NCBI RefSeq assembly: GCF_000181795.1
Contig: NW_003526945.1
Span: forward strand, 4,818,393-4,882,392
Length of the DNA: 64,000 nt
Direction of reading: 5' to 3'
Source: Trichinella spiralis
Lineage: Eukaryota
Shown here: positions 43,202 through 57,400 of the stretch, piece after piece
Numbering within the stretch: the stretch's first letter is position 1
Layout: each line of letters opens with the position of its first letter
Translations under genes and position numbers: made by a program
The notes under the pieces: model-generated
What the model was told of the DNA's origin: nothing
Seen by the model: the letters and a program-made list of their open reading frames with translations, nothing else
Databases searched by the model: none

Positions 43202-45053
43202 GATCAGCTACGTAATATAATGATAATAATGATGAAACGACAACGTCAAAAACCACTGGGAAAGTTCTTTTCAAGAACAAAAAAGTAGGAATGCCTAAAC
43301 AAAATAAATAAATATGAAATGGAGAAACATAAATTAACAAAAACTAACAAATAGAAACGTCTATTACGAATACTAAAAACCGACAAAGAACAGCAAGCGC
43401 ACAACAGAAACTAACAACTGCAACAAAAGAATACAAAAACAAATACTGTAGGAAATTACTGTAAATTTGAACCTGCATTAATAAAAATTTCCTTTGTAGT
43501 AAATCAAAATAAAAATACATATATAATCATAAATATAATTTTTTAATGTTTCAGAAATTAATATCATAACGTTTAATAATTTTTATATAAACAACATAAA
43601 TGAAAAACAAAGAGCAGTATAAGATGAACAATAAAGTTTAAGTTACGCAATGTCCATCATTTATTTTACAGCAACGTATCTGAAAATAATTCGTATGATG
43701 CTGAATCACATAAAATAGCCGCAAAACTGTACGTGAAAACAATAGAAATTCAAGAAATCTATATCAAAATTTTAAAGTTTAATGAAAACAGTTCATCACT
43801 TAACAAAATAAATACAAGATTTCCAAAGTACTAATATTTCAGATTTTTCATATACAATTGCTGCCTCCTTTTTACTACGCAAGTTACATCTGATATTGAT
43901 GTAGTGTTTAACAGAATAACAACGTATTTTTAAAATGAATGAGTCAAATATATTTGTATGGAAATAAATAAGTTGAAGGAAAACACTGTCATCACATTTA
44001 CCAGTCAGAAGTAAGAAAGTCGATAAACAGTCGTAAATAGTAGAAATAAAGAAATTCATTTTGCCGATAGTAAATTTCATGTTTGTAAAACCTATTTTAT
44101 GTACATACGTGTAGAACTCACCTAACAAACAATTACAATAAAAAAGTGAGAAGCATACAGAACCCTCACACCAGTAAATCAGATTAAATCTGACATAGTT
44201 AAATAGTTTAAGCAAAGCAATATGTTATTTAAATGTATATATAAATATCAATTTATTTACTTATTTTGTTTATATTTATATTTATTTATATTTATTTATT
44301 TTATTTAATGATTAAAAATAAACGCTCATGTTTTCGTTTTTCATCAGAAAAACTTCTGTACATCATACTGTAATACCTAAAAAATTGTATTATTTTTTCA
44401 AATTAAATTATTAAAATTATCAAGGTGCTCTATAATAAGAAAAAAATACAATCAAAAGGCATATTTTTTTCAAATTTCATAATAATTAATTAATTAATGT
44501 CGAAATATCTCTTTCTATATTTGTGAAGGATGACGAAGCTGATTTTGAAAAAGTATATTTAAAACAAATATTAATTATGTCAAGTTTTTAACTATAAAAT
44601 TCAACTTTTAACAACATATGTTAATAATTTCATTGTTTTATGTAGACACAATATCTTACATTCCTGTTTAATTTCATATCTGCTACTATTATTTGGACAA
44701 CACTCCTAAAAAATTTAAATACATGCAACTTTTATTTGTACATATAGCACTGTTATTTATTTATCAATGAACATTTGTGATATGTAAATGCTCCTAAAAA
44801 CTTCCTAACAATGTGAAATGATTCATATACAAAATATTCATACTTTTAAAATAATACGCAATGTCACGTTATAAAATTAAAATAACTTTTGCTTTTTGTA
44901 TAAATAACTTAAAAACAGCCTTTATTTCCATTTTTATCATTTATTTTCAGATTGAAAGATATGCAACATTTGTTCTTGCATGAACTTTATTCAACTTCTG
45001 TATATTTACTTATTGTATTTTTTATTTATTTTTTCAACTTCGGTGACGCGACC

Positions 45054-46471
45054 ATGATTATTCGGTGTCGGTGGTATAACGTTTTCATTCTGACTGGTTT
45101 AATTCTTGTGTTTTTTGGTTTTCGATTTCTTTTTGACGATAGCTTGGACTTTACAAATTCGTTTCCAGTTGACATTGATGAATTGATGAAAATATGCTTG
45201 ATAGCAGCTGAAACATCTGGTTTTGCCATTGCTGACATGTATCAAGATGGAAAAGTATGGCTTAAATTGAAATCTTGGGATGAAAATGGAAAGAAAGAAT
45301 TTTTAACAAAGGCGGATCTTATTTCCAATCGGTTAATAATCGAATCCTTTTCACGTTTTCCAGATATCAAGGTAGTATACGTTCAGTTCTATGTATTTGA
45401 AATTGCATTTTATTGCTTTCAGATAATTTCTGAAGAAAGGGGTAAAGTGGATGATGAAAAATTTGATTTTTACAAATCTCAATATTATGAAAAGTTTGCA
45501 TCAAAAGAAAACATTCTAGCAAACTTTCCATCAATGAAAGTTCAAATTACTGATATATCTGTATGGATTGATCCTTTAGATGGAACACAGGAACTGATAG
45601 GTAAGACAGCTTTTTATTCATAAAATAAAGAATGCATGTGTATATTAGATGAGTTGAGAATGTCTATAACGTTTTCAAAAATAAATTTAGTAATTCATAT
45701 GTAGAACTCATAATACATGTGCTTATGTATATGTAATATAGTTTGAAAAGTGTTGGTACTTAGATATGTGCGCATTTAAATCTCTAGTACTTTTTAGAAG
45801 GCATATTGGAAAGTGTTAGTGTTATGATCTGCGTCGCTGTGAAAGGTCGGCCTGTTTTTGGAGTTATTCATCGTCCCTTTACATCGGAAACTAGTAAATT
45901 TTGTTATTTTTATTGTATAAAGTATTTGAAACGTTATGTATGTCTTTTTTATTTATGAATAATTTCAAAACAACGTTATTAATCATAACTTTGTGAAATA
46001 AATTAATGTTATATTTTAGTTTGGAGTGTATCCAATTATGGTTGTTTTCCTGATTGTTCAATGGGAAAGAATGGAATGGATGTGATCGATATAGAAAGCA
46101 GCATAAGCAAAATTGCGTTGATTTCGCGCACCCATTCTGGAGGTGCGGAGAAAATTTTAGAGGCTGCACTTGGAAAGTCCTGGCGTATAGAAAAAGCTGG
46201 AGGGTCTGGCTATAAAGGTTTGCGCGTCTTGAATGGCTCGGCAGGATTGTATTTACATACAACAACAATGAAAAAATGGGATGTTTGTGCCGTTGATGCT
46301 ATTATTCACTCTGCAGGTGGTCGTATGACAGATCTTACTGGAAAGAATTTGTCTTACTTGCCCTCTTCAGGCGAAACATTTAAGACTGGTCTGTTGGTCA
46401 CTATGAATGAGCATTTCTATTATCTATCAAAGCTTTTGCCTTCATTGTCATCGATTATATTTATGCACTAA
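45054..46471 (+). CDS. BPNT2: Golgi-resident PAP 3'-phosphatase (BPNT2/IMPAD1, inositol monophosphatase family), 4 exons
   Basis: N-terminal membrane anchor, FLTKADLISN, IISEE, VWIDPLDGTQELI, ISRTHSG, AGGSGYK, KKWDVCA..AGGRMTDL. Confidence 0.88.
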
Positions 46472-47077
46472 TTATTATTGAAATTGACATCAATTTGTTG
46501 ACTTAAGCCCATTTGTTATATGAGTCTTGTTATAGATAAAAATTTTAAGCAGTTATTTTCGCTACTTATTTCAATATCTACACCGATTCTTACAAGAGTA
46601 ATTAGTATGTTTAGTTTTGGAATAAAGATAAAATTAAAAACTTTTTACCTTTTATTCATTTTAAAAATCAAATACTGCAATTCGAAATGTATGCAAAATA
46701 TAATTTATTTGCAAAATTCAAAGTTTCAAAAAATTTAGTTTTGGTAATTCTAATGATTTTCATGTATCAATTGAAGTACAGTAACAGTGTTCGGATTAAA
46801 TTTGTTTCTTGTTATAATGTTAGAAAAGGAGTAAAGTCAGCACATTTTAATTTATCACCTTATTTTCAATAGCAGTATTTTAGTTTGAAATTATAAGGTG
46901 ATTTATTTGTTCATTTTGTGATGTAAGTTTTTACCATTATCTCAAAATGAGGGAAAAATAGCTATGGAAATGAACAGCCAAATTCATATATAATTAAAAT
47001 AAGGTTTTATTTATATACTATATAAGTATTTTATTTTATAAAGCCTTTTGAACACATTCTCTTATTGCTCGTTGACT

Positions 47078-47253
47078 GCGTTATCTCATTGGACGTTTTC
47101 CTATTGGTCGTTTGCAACATTATTTCATTAGGCAGTCATACCACTCTATAATGCACCCATCCTCACTGACTGATTTTGCTTTGCACTCCTGAAAAGCATT
47201 ACCAATTGGATAACAGCATGAATATCCAATAGTGAACGTCCAATAAAAGACGC
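47078..47253. repeat. Imperfect ~30-bp inverted repeat built from CCAAT/ATTGG boxes, upstream of the ZDHHC gene
   Basis: GCGTTATCTCATTGGACGTTTTCCTATTGG (47078-47107) against the reverse complement of 47226-47253, GCGTCTTTTATTGGACGTTCACTATTGG. Confidence 0.65.
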
Positions 47254-47661
47254 TACAATGGCATGAACTGTGTCCAAGGTTGACCAAAACATAAATCAAT
47301 ATAAAATGAAAAATAGAAAACAATAAGATAAATTAATATATAATAATAGTCAAAATAAGTAAATAAATAAAACAATTTTAATTTTAAAATTTAAAAATAC
47401 GTCACTGATAAAATTGAGTAGCATATCAATATTCAGTTTATTACAGTTTAAAGTAAGACTTGCGGGTTCTTATAATACTGTAGTTTCTATAGATGAGCAA
47501 CTTTAACTCATGTTGGTTGTCAGTAGTTTATGAGTTCAATCATCTTTTGCCAACGGTCGAATTGTTACTTTAGTTTTTAGTAAAACACTAAGTGTGCAGT
47601 ATTGATGCGCATAATTATGTACTTTTATTTTAGGGAACTTTAGGTGTAATTTTTTTGAAAC

Positions 47662-49020
47662 ATGAAATTTCATTGTATGCTTCCAGCGGCATTGTTCCCT
47701 AACCAAAGTTGGTGCGTACATGACGCTTGTGGAATATCTTGCGTAATTATTACATGGTATGCATAAGTGAGAAGGGAATAATTTTAAATATTCATCAGTT
47801 TACTGAAGTTTTATTTGTGATCATATGTTTACGCATTGATTACTAGTCTTAAAGGAAATATTTACTGTTACTGTATAATTTTTTTGAATTTAATCAGTAA
47901 TTTGAATGATATCTTTTTTGAACTTGTTTATCCTTTTTAGGATTCTCTTGGCATTTGGAGAATTTTCAGTAATCGGTGTTTTATCCTATTCTTCACCGAA
48001 TGATTGGTTTCACAGTTTTGTCAATTGTGCCGTATTCCACGTTTTACTTGTTCTAGCTTTGATCAGTCACGTAAAAACCATGCTTACAGATCCTGTGCGT
48101 TGTGAAAATTTGTTTTTGTTAGTTGTTAGTAAAATGGTATTTTCATTAGGGTGCCATTCCTAAAGGAAATGCATCAGAAGAGAGCATGCAGTTGCTGAAT
48201 TTGAAACGAGGCGAAACTGTCTACAAATGTGGGAAGTGTTACAGCATCAAACCCGAGCGCGCTCATCACTGCAGGTGTGAATTTAAATTTGAATTTGCAT
48301 TTCACAAATAAAAGTCATTTTTGTTTCAAGCATCTGTCAACGTTGTATTCGAAAAATGGATCATCACTGTCCGTGGGTAAACAATTGTGTCGGTGAAGGC
48401 AATCAGAAATTTTTTGTTTTGTTCACAGTATGAATTATTGTTTGATTTTTTCAAGCGATTTTCATTTTGCTCGTTAAATTTCATCCCTTGCAGTTTTACA
48501 TAGCGTTAATCTCTTGCCATGCTATATATTGGGGGGTGTGGAAATTTCTTCGCTGTTTAGAAGTTGACTGGAAAGGTGAATGAAGGATGAATATATTAAA
48601 AATAATTTTTCACCAAATATTTTTTTTCACTTGTAGGTTGTAGTCGTTTTTCACCGCAAGAGACTACGTTCATTTTGGTGATTTTGTTGTGCGAAGCGCT
48701 CTTATTCGCCCTGTTCACAATCATTATGTTTTGCACCCAGATGTACGCCATATACAACGACGAAACGGTAGTTTGACTTTCTCTTTTCTTTGTTATTATG
48801 CATATATACGGGCGATTTTGTAGTTTTTTGCAGTTGTGCTATTATTGATGTTTGCATGTTTCAGACAATTGAACAGATGAAACGTGGTAGGCGTACCTGG
48901 AGTAAGCGAAATCGTTTGTCAAGCGTGAAAGCTGTTTTTGGGTCCAAAGTGTCGCTTTCTTGGCTTAATCCGCTTTCAGTGCCGTTCAATACGCTGAAAC
49001 CAACCGAATACACCGTCTGA
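47662..49020 (+). CDS. DHHC palmitoyltransferase, ZDHHC3/7 type, multi-exon
   Basis: [91 protein letters not shown]. Confidence 0.92.
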
Positions 49021-49561
49021 ACAGAGAAAATAGAATCGCATTCATCATTACCTCATTGTCAGTTGTTTCTGTATGTATACTTGTAATGGAGTGTCAAAAA
49101 ATCCAATCGTCAGTGTGTTATCTTTGTGTGCTGGCTTTTTTGAATTGAATTTTTTCTGTTCATAAATGTCCATGCGTGCGTTTGTTGATTTGTCTTTTGT
49201 TGTGAACGGTCGCTTCGAAATGCGGGTATTTTTCCTCCACCACAGTTTTGTGTCCATCGATCCGATCGATCGTCGTCTCCATTGCCGTCTGTTGTTGTCA
49301 GCAGATTTGGAAAAAAAGCACTACGTGAAAACAAACAGAACGTGAAAAAGCAATTCTTAGCAAATTTCGATTCTTTTATTTGTGTCGATTAAAGCGGAAA
49401 TGATCAATAAACGTTATTACACATATGGATAATTTCTGTGCCAATTCGACCATTTTGCTACTATTTATTGATGAGACATGTTATGTAAGCTTAAAAAAAG
49501 TTTGCGCTTTCATCATCGATCCGATGAATGCATCTTCTCTTTGAAGAAGGCAAAACATATA

Positions 49562-49586
49562 TATGTATGTATGTATGTATGTATGT
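49562..49586. repeat. (TATG)n microsatellite
   Basis: Seen directly. Confidence 0.9.
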
Positions 49587-49597
49587 CCACTTTCTGC

Positions 49598-50575
49598 TCA
49601 TTCGACCAAGCCAAACAGGTGATTTCCAGTGGCGAGTTTGTCTTTTGAGAAGAAATACTGCTTCCAAAGATTATTGAACGTCGCCTTGTCGAAGAACGCT
49701 TTGGCGTGATCGTGGTCGCAGGCCTGAAATTGTGGAAAAAGCACATCAACTACCGAGGCAACACACACACACACACACAGAGGGAGGGTGGGGCAATTTG
49801 TTGGGGGAAAATTGTTTGCTTATTAGCATGCACCGCTTATGGGAAACAACTGACGTCAGTGATCAGCGAAAACGCTCGTCTGGCCGTACACTCGGCCACG
49901 CCGTAGGTCTTCATGCCGTCGACGTATTCGGGAAAGTCGATTTTTCCATCGCCTGCAAAAGTGATGCTCAAGTTATTATGGTGTTCGAACGACGACAAAG
50001 CCAAGCAAGGCTTTTTTCTTCAAAGGAAGAAAGAAAAAACGACAAACAAGAGACGTCAAAAAGTTGAAAAATGAAATTCATGTATTCTTGAATCCAACGC
50101 ATTTCCGCACTTTGGCCATTTTCGCATCGTTTCAAAAAGTCCACCCATTCGGCCAGTTGGATTTTTTCATCTTTGTTCAAATCCGCCAACTCGACCAAAC
50201 CATCCCACAACGGTTGCATACGTTTTCTGGTCAGTCGCATCTGTTCCGAGTCGACTCCGTACAAATCGCCAACACGCTGAATTCGAATACCGACAAGTGA
50301 ACCAACGCATGCAAATTTAATTACACAATTTGCAATATCCAAAAAGGAAAACCACTTATGGTAAAAAAAATTTTTCATTTACCTTCGTAATCAAGTAAAA
50401 ATCACTCCAATCAATCTCTTTGCTGTTGTTGCTGTCTGAAATCAATTCTCCTCAGGTAACAACATAACAACATTCAAATTTCAACGATCAAACCGAAAAA
50501 AGTTATGAATATGCTTTTCCACTTGGACAACAAAAACGGATGCACATCAGCAAATGCATTTTCTTCGTTGGACGG
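49598..50575 (-). CDS. Calexcitin / sarcoplasmic calcium-binding protein-like EF-hand protein; 5' end not resolved
   Basis: Spliced translation: FLLSKWKSIFITFF|DSNNSKEIDWSDF, ADLNKDEKIQLAEW, FDVS|GDGKIDFPEY, and LWKQYFFSKDKLATGNHLFGLVE*. Confidence 0.85.
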
Positions 50576-52343
50576 CTTAAATTATTTAAAAAAAAAAGAA
50601 ATACCACTTATATTAATTGAAAAATTGTACAATACACACAGAAACACAAACCATGGCTAAACGTTCGACAAATGAAATAATGCAAACACTCTTCACCGAG
50701 TTCAAGCAGCAACTGAATGCGTAGAAGCACAAAATGCTAAAGTGAAACTTCGCCACAACAAGTCCAGTTGACGAGTGGAACACAAGTGTGACCAGTTGCG
50801 CGCTCCACCGTTGTTTAAGCCATTCAAATGATCACACAGGCCAGTTGGATGAAATTAACTGCATAGTCAGTCCGAGCTTGGATTTTACTGCTCATGGCGT
50901 TGATCCTCTCTTTCCTGCATGTTCAACACTGACCAGCCGGACAACAGCATTTATTGACAACAGTTGTTTCATGCTCCTCATTCGGCATTTCTCATTTTAA
51001 TGGGCCAACATCCGGCTCCGACTTGCCTGCGTTCTGGAGCCATTCTTCCTGCATAACATACTAATACAGAACTTCCTCACTTATATAAACAAAATGAATG
51101 CAAAACTATTCATCACAATAAACAATATTTGATTCAATTTATGTGTAAAATTCTAAATTATGTGGAAAAGTTTTACTACCTGCTAGCTTTCGTCGTGTGT
51201 TAGCGTGTTTTTCACCTTTTCAACAGAAACTGGCTTTCAACATGAACATTTTTCTTCAGTCAAATTATTTACTTTATGCTTGCTAGTTTTCAAGCATTTC
51301 TTGGCAATCCAGATAGCATGATGACGTCCGATTTGTCAGCTTCACTGTTTCAAAAGCAGACAAATTACTAGCAAGTTTATTAATATACTGTTTAAAAAAA
51401 ATTTAAATCTCCTTCACTTCATCATTTTGCGCAACAATAAGTGATGCATTCTAGACAAATAAATAAATCTTATTCCACACCTTCCCGTGGCCATGTAAAA
51501 ATTTTTCTAAAAAACACTGAAATGTATTCAGTGTAAAACAACAAAATGTATCGAATATTAATATTTCGACTGCACAATAATTTCAGACAAAAGAGCAACA
51601 ACGCTACTTAATAAACATATTGAAAAAAAAACTGTGAATACGAAATTATTATTGCTCACAAAACAACTCTAATTGTGAAACATAAAATTGAAAATAAACA
51701 ACAACATTCTTTCATATTTTTGTTTTTAATGAATATATACTAACTAAATGAGATGAAATAAATTTTACAAATATTCGTGTGTTTAACATGATACAGTATT
51801 CTATTAATTAGGTATAAATATTTTTATATGTAGCATTTGCTCATATGCATAAAATAATAAATTATGTTCATATAAAAAATATAAATAATAATAATATTCA
51901 TATAAGAAAAGAAATCTTAGAATGAATTTTTTGAATAAATAAATACTTTTTCATTTATGTCAAAAATAGATTTGAATTGTGTGCGGAATTGTGCGAAATT
52001 TTATCCTTTGAAGTGAAACAATTATCTAGTAGAATAATAAAATTTTGTCAAACTAAAATTGTTTTTATTATTTTTCATTTTTTGAAAATAAGCAATATTC
52101 AATTTAATTTAGAGTGCCTTTTAAAGTTGACTTTAAAATAATTTAAGACTAATCACTTTAAAAGAACTCTAAATTAAATAACATTAAACAATTTTTCATA
52201 ACATTTTTAGCGCATTAAATTCATTGTACTTCCCGACTGCTTTCGAGAACGCCGTGCTGGTATGAATATCCTTTGTACTTTTTTTAAATAATATTTTTAA
52301 GCATTTGTACTTTTATCTTTTTCAGTTTCATTTACAAAGAACA

Positions 52344-54461
52344 ATGGACAGACGTGTTTTAAAAGAAAAAGTTTCCTTCCCAAAAACGAAAAAACCTCAC
52401 TTGGTTGGAAGAGTGTACAGAGAGAAGAGAAAGTCGTCATCTGAGGTATGCATGATAAAAAAAGTATTTAAAATGTTCGAAAAATATGCATCAAAATGAT
52501 TTCACTATTTATGACCTATCTTTGATAACCAAATTTCTGCATATACACATATAAGCAGTTACGAATTGTTACATTTCAGAAACGAATCTTCGACCAAGCG
52601 AGCAGAATTAATAATGTCGACAAATTATGCGAAGAACGTTATTCAAGAGATTATTCATGGATGGCTAGAAACCCAATAAGGGTAGGTTTACAAAATACAC
52701 TTTTAAAAATTCTGAAGCATGCTAAAAAATGGAAAAGTTGTTTCACATAGTTCATGAATATTTAACATGTAAAATTCTTGCACATATTTCATCCTTTCGA
52801 CAATAATATATTTCATTTTTGATTATAAAAGTGAATAATTCTCTAAACAATAAAAATATTACAGTATTTATAATTTTGTAATTCTGTAGGAGTTGCTCAT
52901 GAATAAATTACCAGTGATGTTGAAAAATAAACCATTTTATCATGGTTACTTACCAAAATTGGATGCAGAAGAAATTTTGAAAAATCAAGAAAATGGATCT
53001 TTTATCGTGCGTATGACCAACGAATGCGGTGATTACTGCGCTGTAGCTTTATCCATCAAACATGAAGAAAAAGTTGTTCATTACATGATAGACGTGAACA
53101 TTAATGGAGTAAGTGTGCGCATTTTATCTTTTTCATATTAATTTATTATGGGTTATTTCGGAAATAAGATATTGAAGAACAGTTTTTGTTACATTATGTA
53201 ATTGTGAGTGCTTTTCATTATTATTGCCAAATTGATTATTCATTCCGACAGATATTTTGTATAAATAGATCTCACAACTTTGCACAGTTTCTTACTTTTT
53301 AAAATGGTTATCAATTTATTATTATCAATCGCTTTTAAAAATTCCATTTTCATTTTAGCGCTGCTTTATAAATTCTTTAATGTTCAACTCGGTCAGTGAA
53401 ATGGTTAATTATTACGTAAAAAGTGGCCAGCCAATCGACAAAACCAGCAATGTCCGCTTGAAAAGACCAGCACGATTCGTGGAATGGCAGTTAGAATCTC
53501 ACCATATTGTTAATTTGGAAAAAAATATCAATATAGTAAGCTAACTTTTTAAATGATCTTTTTCAAATTTCACATTTTTTAAATTATCTTCTTTTTTCAG
53601 GGAAAAGATTCAGATGTGATTCGAGGAGTTTTTCTTTACAAGGGCAAAAATGCTGACGTGGCAATAAAAATCCCGTTGAACTCGATTCAAACGGATTCTA
53701 CCAACATCTTGTTTGACGAACTGCGTGCCATGCGTCAACTGAAATGCAATTACACATTGAAAGCTTATGGTATAGCATCGTTCACGTGCCGTCCGTTATT
53801 AGTGACTGAATACGCGGACCGCGGAACCCTGCACGACTATATACGTACCCATAGTGTGAGTGTTCATGAAAAACTGCGGTATAGTAGGCAGATTATGAGT
53901 GCCCTAAAGTATCTAAAAGATAAAAGTACTTTAAAAAATTAATTTTTTCAAAAATTGTATTCATTTCTAAAAGTTTGTCTATTTTTAGATTTAATCCATC
54001 GCAACATTGTTGCAAAGAAATGTTTCCTTTTTACAAGCCCAGAATTCGAACTTCCAACAGTAAAACTGGGCGGATTCCGGTATTGTATTAGTGCTTCAGA
54101 AAAAGATGTGAAGAAAGTTCCCCGCAAATTACTCTGCTGCTGTCCACCAGAAGCGATAAAATGCAATAAGTGGTTTTTTGAATCGGACTTATGGATGTCC
54201 AGTATGTTGATGTGGTCAATTTTTACTGGATATATGTATCCATTCCGTGAATTTGTGGATGAGGACCCTATGAATCTTTATTATTATTTATTAAAAGGGC
54301 AGCGTCTGCCCATGTCTACGGACCTTTTGCCGGACGTACAACTGATAATCAGTCAATGTCAAGCGACGAATCCATCTGACCGTGGAACAATTGAAATGGC
54401 GTTACAAAGACTCACTGTTTTACTTGATTCACATCCATATTCGAAAGAGAACAGCAAATGA
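52344..54461 (+). CDS. SH2 plus tyrosine-kinase-domain protein (nematode FER/FES-like), probable pseudokinase, 6 exons
   Basis: Exons 52344-52445, 52580-52681, 52890-53108, 53359-53535, 53601-53925 and 53989-54461 join in frame. SH2 motifs FYHGYLP..GSFIVR. Kinase motifs VAIK, LLVTEY, IHRN, KLGGF, PPEA, SDLW. Confidence 0.85.
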
Positions 54462-57400
54462 ACTAGGTTTATTTGATTTTAATCATCCAAACTTACCTAA
54501 ATAATTCATCATCTAACGTAATTGTTCTTTCTCATATTGTTTTTCTGACCGAATAATTTGAAAATTATTATTCATATTAATTTCATAATAATTTTTAGCA
54601 TGCAAATAATAATATCTGCTGGAGATTGATTCATTGCGTTATAAATCATCATCATTATAAATTATAAATGATCACGTCATGAACTAGTATTAAAATTTTG
54701 AATAAAATTAATTAATTTTGTTTCTGGTTCTTGTATTTTGATCGATAAACTTGTAAAATATGCACTCTTACTTCAAGCAATTTCATTCAAACATCAAAAA
54801 AGCATTTGTATAAATGGAAAAGAAAAAACAAATTATTGTGGAGATTTTTATTTGTACAACATAAAATGGACAGCAAAGAAATTATAAACAGGTTTGAAAT
54901 AATTAACCTGCATATTAGTATCGATTTTTGTAGCTACCTACCAACAGCAATGCTTCTCTTTCAATATTTTTGATAATCCATATTTTTAAGCACTGCATAT
55001 ATTTGTAAATGATTTATTGTATAATTTTTGAGTTCATTAAGTGCAGTTTATTCTATTCAAATTTTTTCAATTAATGCTAATGTTGTTGTATCTTGTCAGA
55101 GAATTTGTTCTAAAAGCTAACAAAAACTCTCGGTATTCTTTTCAATTTATAGTTTGCATTCTTGATTGCGCAGTTTATTAATCATTTAATTGAACAGCAG
55201 TTAAATCATTGCTTTCAGCATGGTATTCAATTGAAACAAATGTTCTGAGATAAAAAGACTTTCCATTCATTTAATACGCATATGATTATATATTGTTGAA
55301 TAATGAAAATAGTACAGTTGCAAAATCTTCTGCCTCGTATTGCCGTGTCATTTGCAATATTGCATGCATATTTTATGAGTTTATGTAGTTGTTTAATTTG
55401 AAAGTAATTGTTATTTTACTGTTAATAGATTCTGTTCAGCTAAACTGAGAAATGTGTAAAAGAAGTAAAATGAATTGCAAATGGTGAAGTTGCATTTGAA
55501 ATTTCTGACATCTTATCAGCTTTTCTTTAAAAAAATAAGACTAACGACAGAGTAGAAAAATATTTGTCGAAGCAAGAAGAAGAAGAAGATGATGATGATG
55601 AAGAAGCGATTTGGAAGCTGAAACCTGATACTGGTCATCCGATAAGTGTTCTGTGCTAACGAGAATGCGAATAATGAACGAAATAATTGCGCACATCTTT
55701 GATGTGATTTTGAAATTCGATTGCAACATCTTCAAATGCCATTCATACTGTACAATTTTTCTGATATGTGATTTTTAAAATTTATACTGCGTTACTTTTA
55801 TTTCGACTGACAGCTTTCTATTGCTTTTTCTACTGCTAAGAATTTTATGTTGCTTTTTTATTAAAATGAACTATTTAGTGATTTTTTAAGTATTAATTTT
55901 CTGTTTATTTTTTTTATTAGCAAAATTTATGGAGTAATTTCGCGTGCGGATGACGTCCAAAGAAACAACAACAAATCAGATCAACATTATCAGATACAGT
56001 AGTATATTTGACGTGTACCTGTAATTTGTAGAATTGTTATAATACAAAGCAGCATTTGAAATGAGATGAAATAGCTGACAGTTGGGAAACAGTTTGTTTG
56101 AGAAGGAAAGCTTTTCTTTGAAAGCAATTGCCGTTCAATGGGCAGCCCTTTGGGGTCGATGAAATTGAACACCTTGGCCGAATGGTTATTTTTCCGGCCA
56201 GCCGGCACAAGCATGAAGCAGTCAGAGCGTGTAACAAGGTAGCAAACTCGCCAATTTGTCTGTGCGCTCAGGTGAAAAAAAGTCGACGGACCAATTTTCT
56301 ATTCTATTCAACCAGTGTCCATCTGTTTGGTCAAACTAGCGGCTAGTATCAACGCTGACGTAATAATCATCCTGTTCAATGGAAACGACCCCTACAGTGC
56401 CAATGAGAAAAAGAATGAGAAAAAAACGATGTGCCGAAATAAATTCTGTACAGTAATCGCCGTTGGCCTTGTCGCCTAAGCGGATTAGGGTCGGTCGCTT
56501 GTATGATCAACAAGCACACCATTAGCGAAGAAATGGCTAGTGGTCGACTCATTGTCCGAAACAAATATCCAGACCAAGCTCCCAGCTGGTCCGCCCACGC
56601 ACGTGGTCTCACTTGACCAAATTCCACAGCTATACATTTGCTACTTGAAGCACTCGGCTTCGCTTTGACGCTTTCACAAACTCGCCCAGCGCCAAACTGT
56701 CTCGCTTTCCACTTTCCCTTTGTGGGATAGAAGCACCACGCTACAGAACAACACCTTGACCGTTTTCATGCGACGACAGTTTTAGCCGAGCCGCCGCTTC
56801 TATTTTCATTTCTCACCACGGCACCTGAAAGCCGTGGCTGATGAAAAAAAAACAGAAACAGAAAAGCCGCCTGAACACTGGTCACCAGTGCACCATTGTC
56901 CATTCGGCGTCCACTTGAAATGTCGACTCTACCGACCGAGCCCGGGACAATGACTGCAACACTTGATTGGTTTTAAGTAAAATGATCACAGTCCATAATC
57001 AGATCAGCAGCTAATTTCTTCTCAGTGCCAAAGCTTTGTCATCGGATTCACTTGAATAGAAAAAATAATAATCGCTTTCATATCTTTCAGAATACCAGAT
57101 TATTTATTCCAAACTGAACTCAACGGATCGATTGAATATTATTTTAATAAAACCAATATTGTTGTTGTTGTTGTTGCTGTTCGGCTATTTGTAATTTCAC
57201 TTTACTTAAAGCTTTTCCAATCCTCTAAAACTAATTAACTGATTGATAGTTGAAATTATTTTATTAATAAAAGTAAATCAATTCAAAATTTCCCTATTAT
57301 TAAATCGAATTATTGAAAAATGACTTTTCGTGTAACAAACCATTCAAAGTATAATTTAATAATATTTTTTTAAAGCAAAAAATAATTTCAATATTCGGTG

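Noticed and set aside
45054..49020. BPNT2-ZDHHC as a nematode operon
   Set aside because: The ~1.2-kb spacer with its own promoter-like element argues against it; cannot be supported without SL trans-splicing data.
52266..52274. ATATCCTTT, a U12-type 5' splice-site match
   Set aside because: It lies just inside an apparent ordinary GT-AG 5' UTR intron (52260-52325), and no U12 branch point or AC end is evident.
56816..56866. Hairpin CCACGGC/GCCGTGG followed by CTGATGA...GAAAC (hammerhead-like)
   Set aside because: There is an A-run instead of stem II and no correctly placed NUH or stem III.
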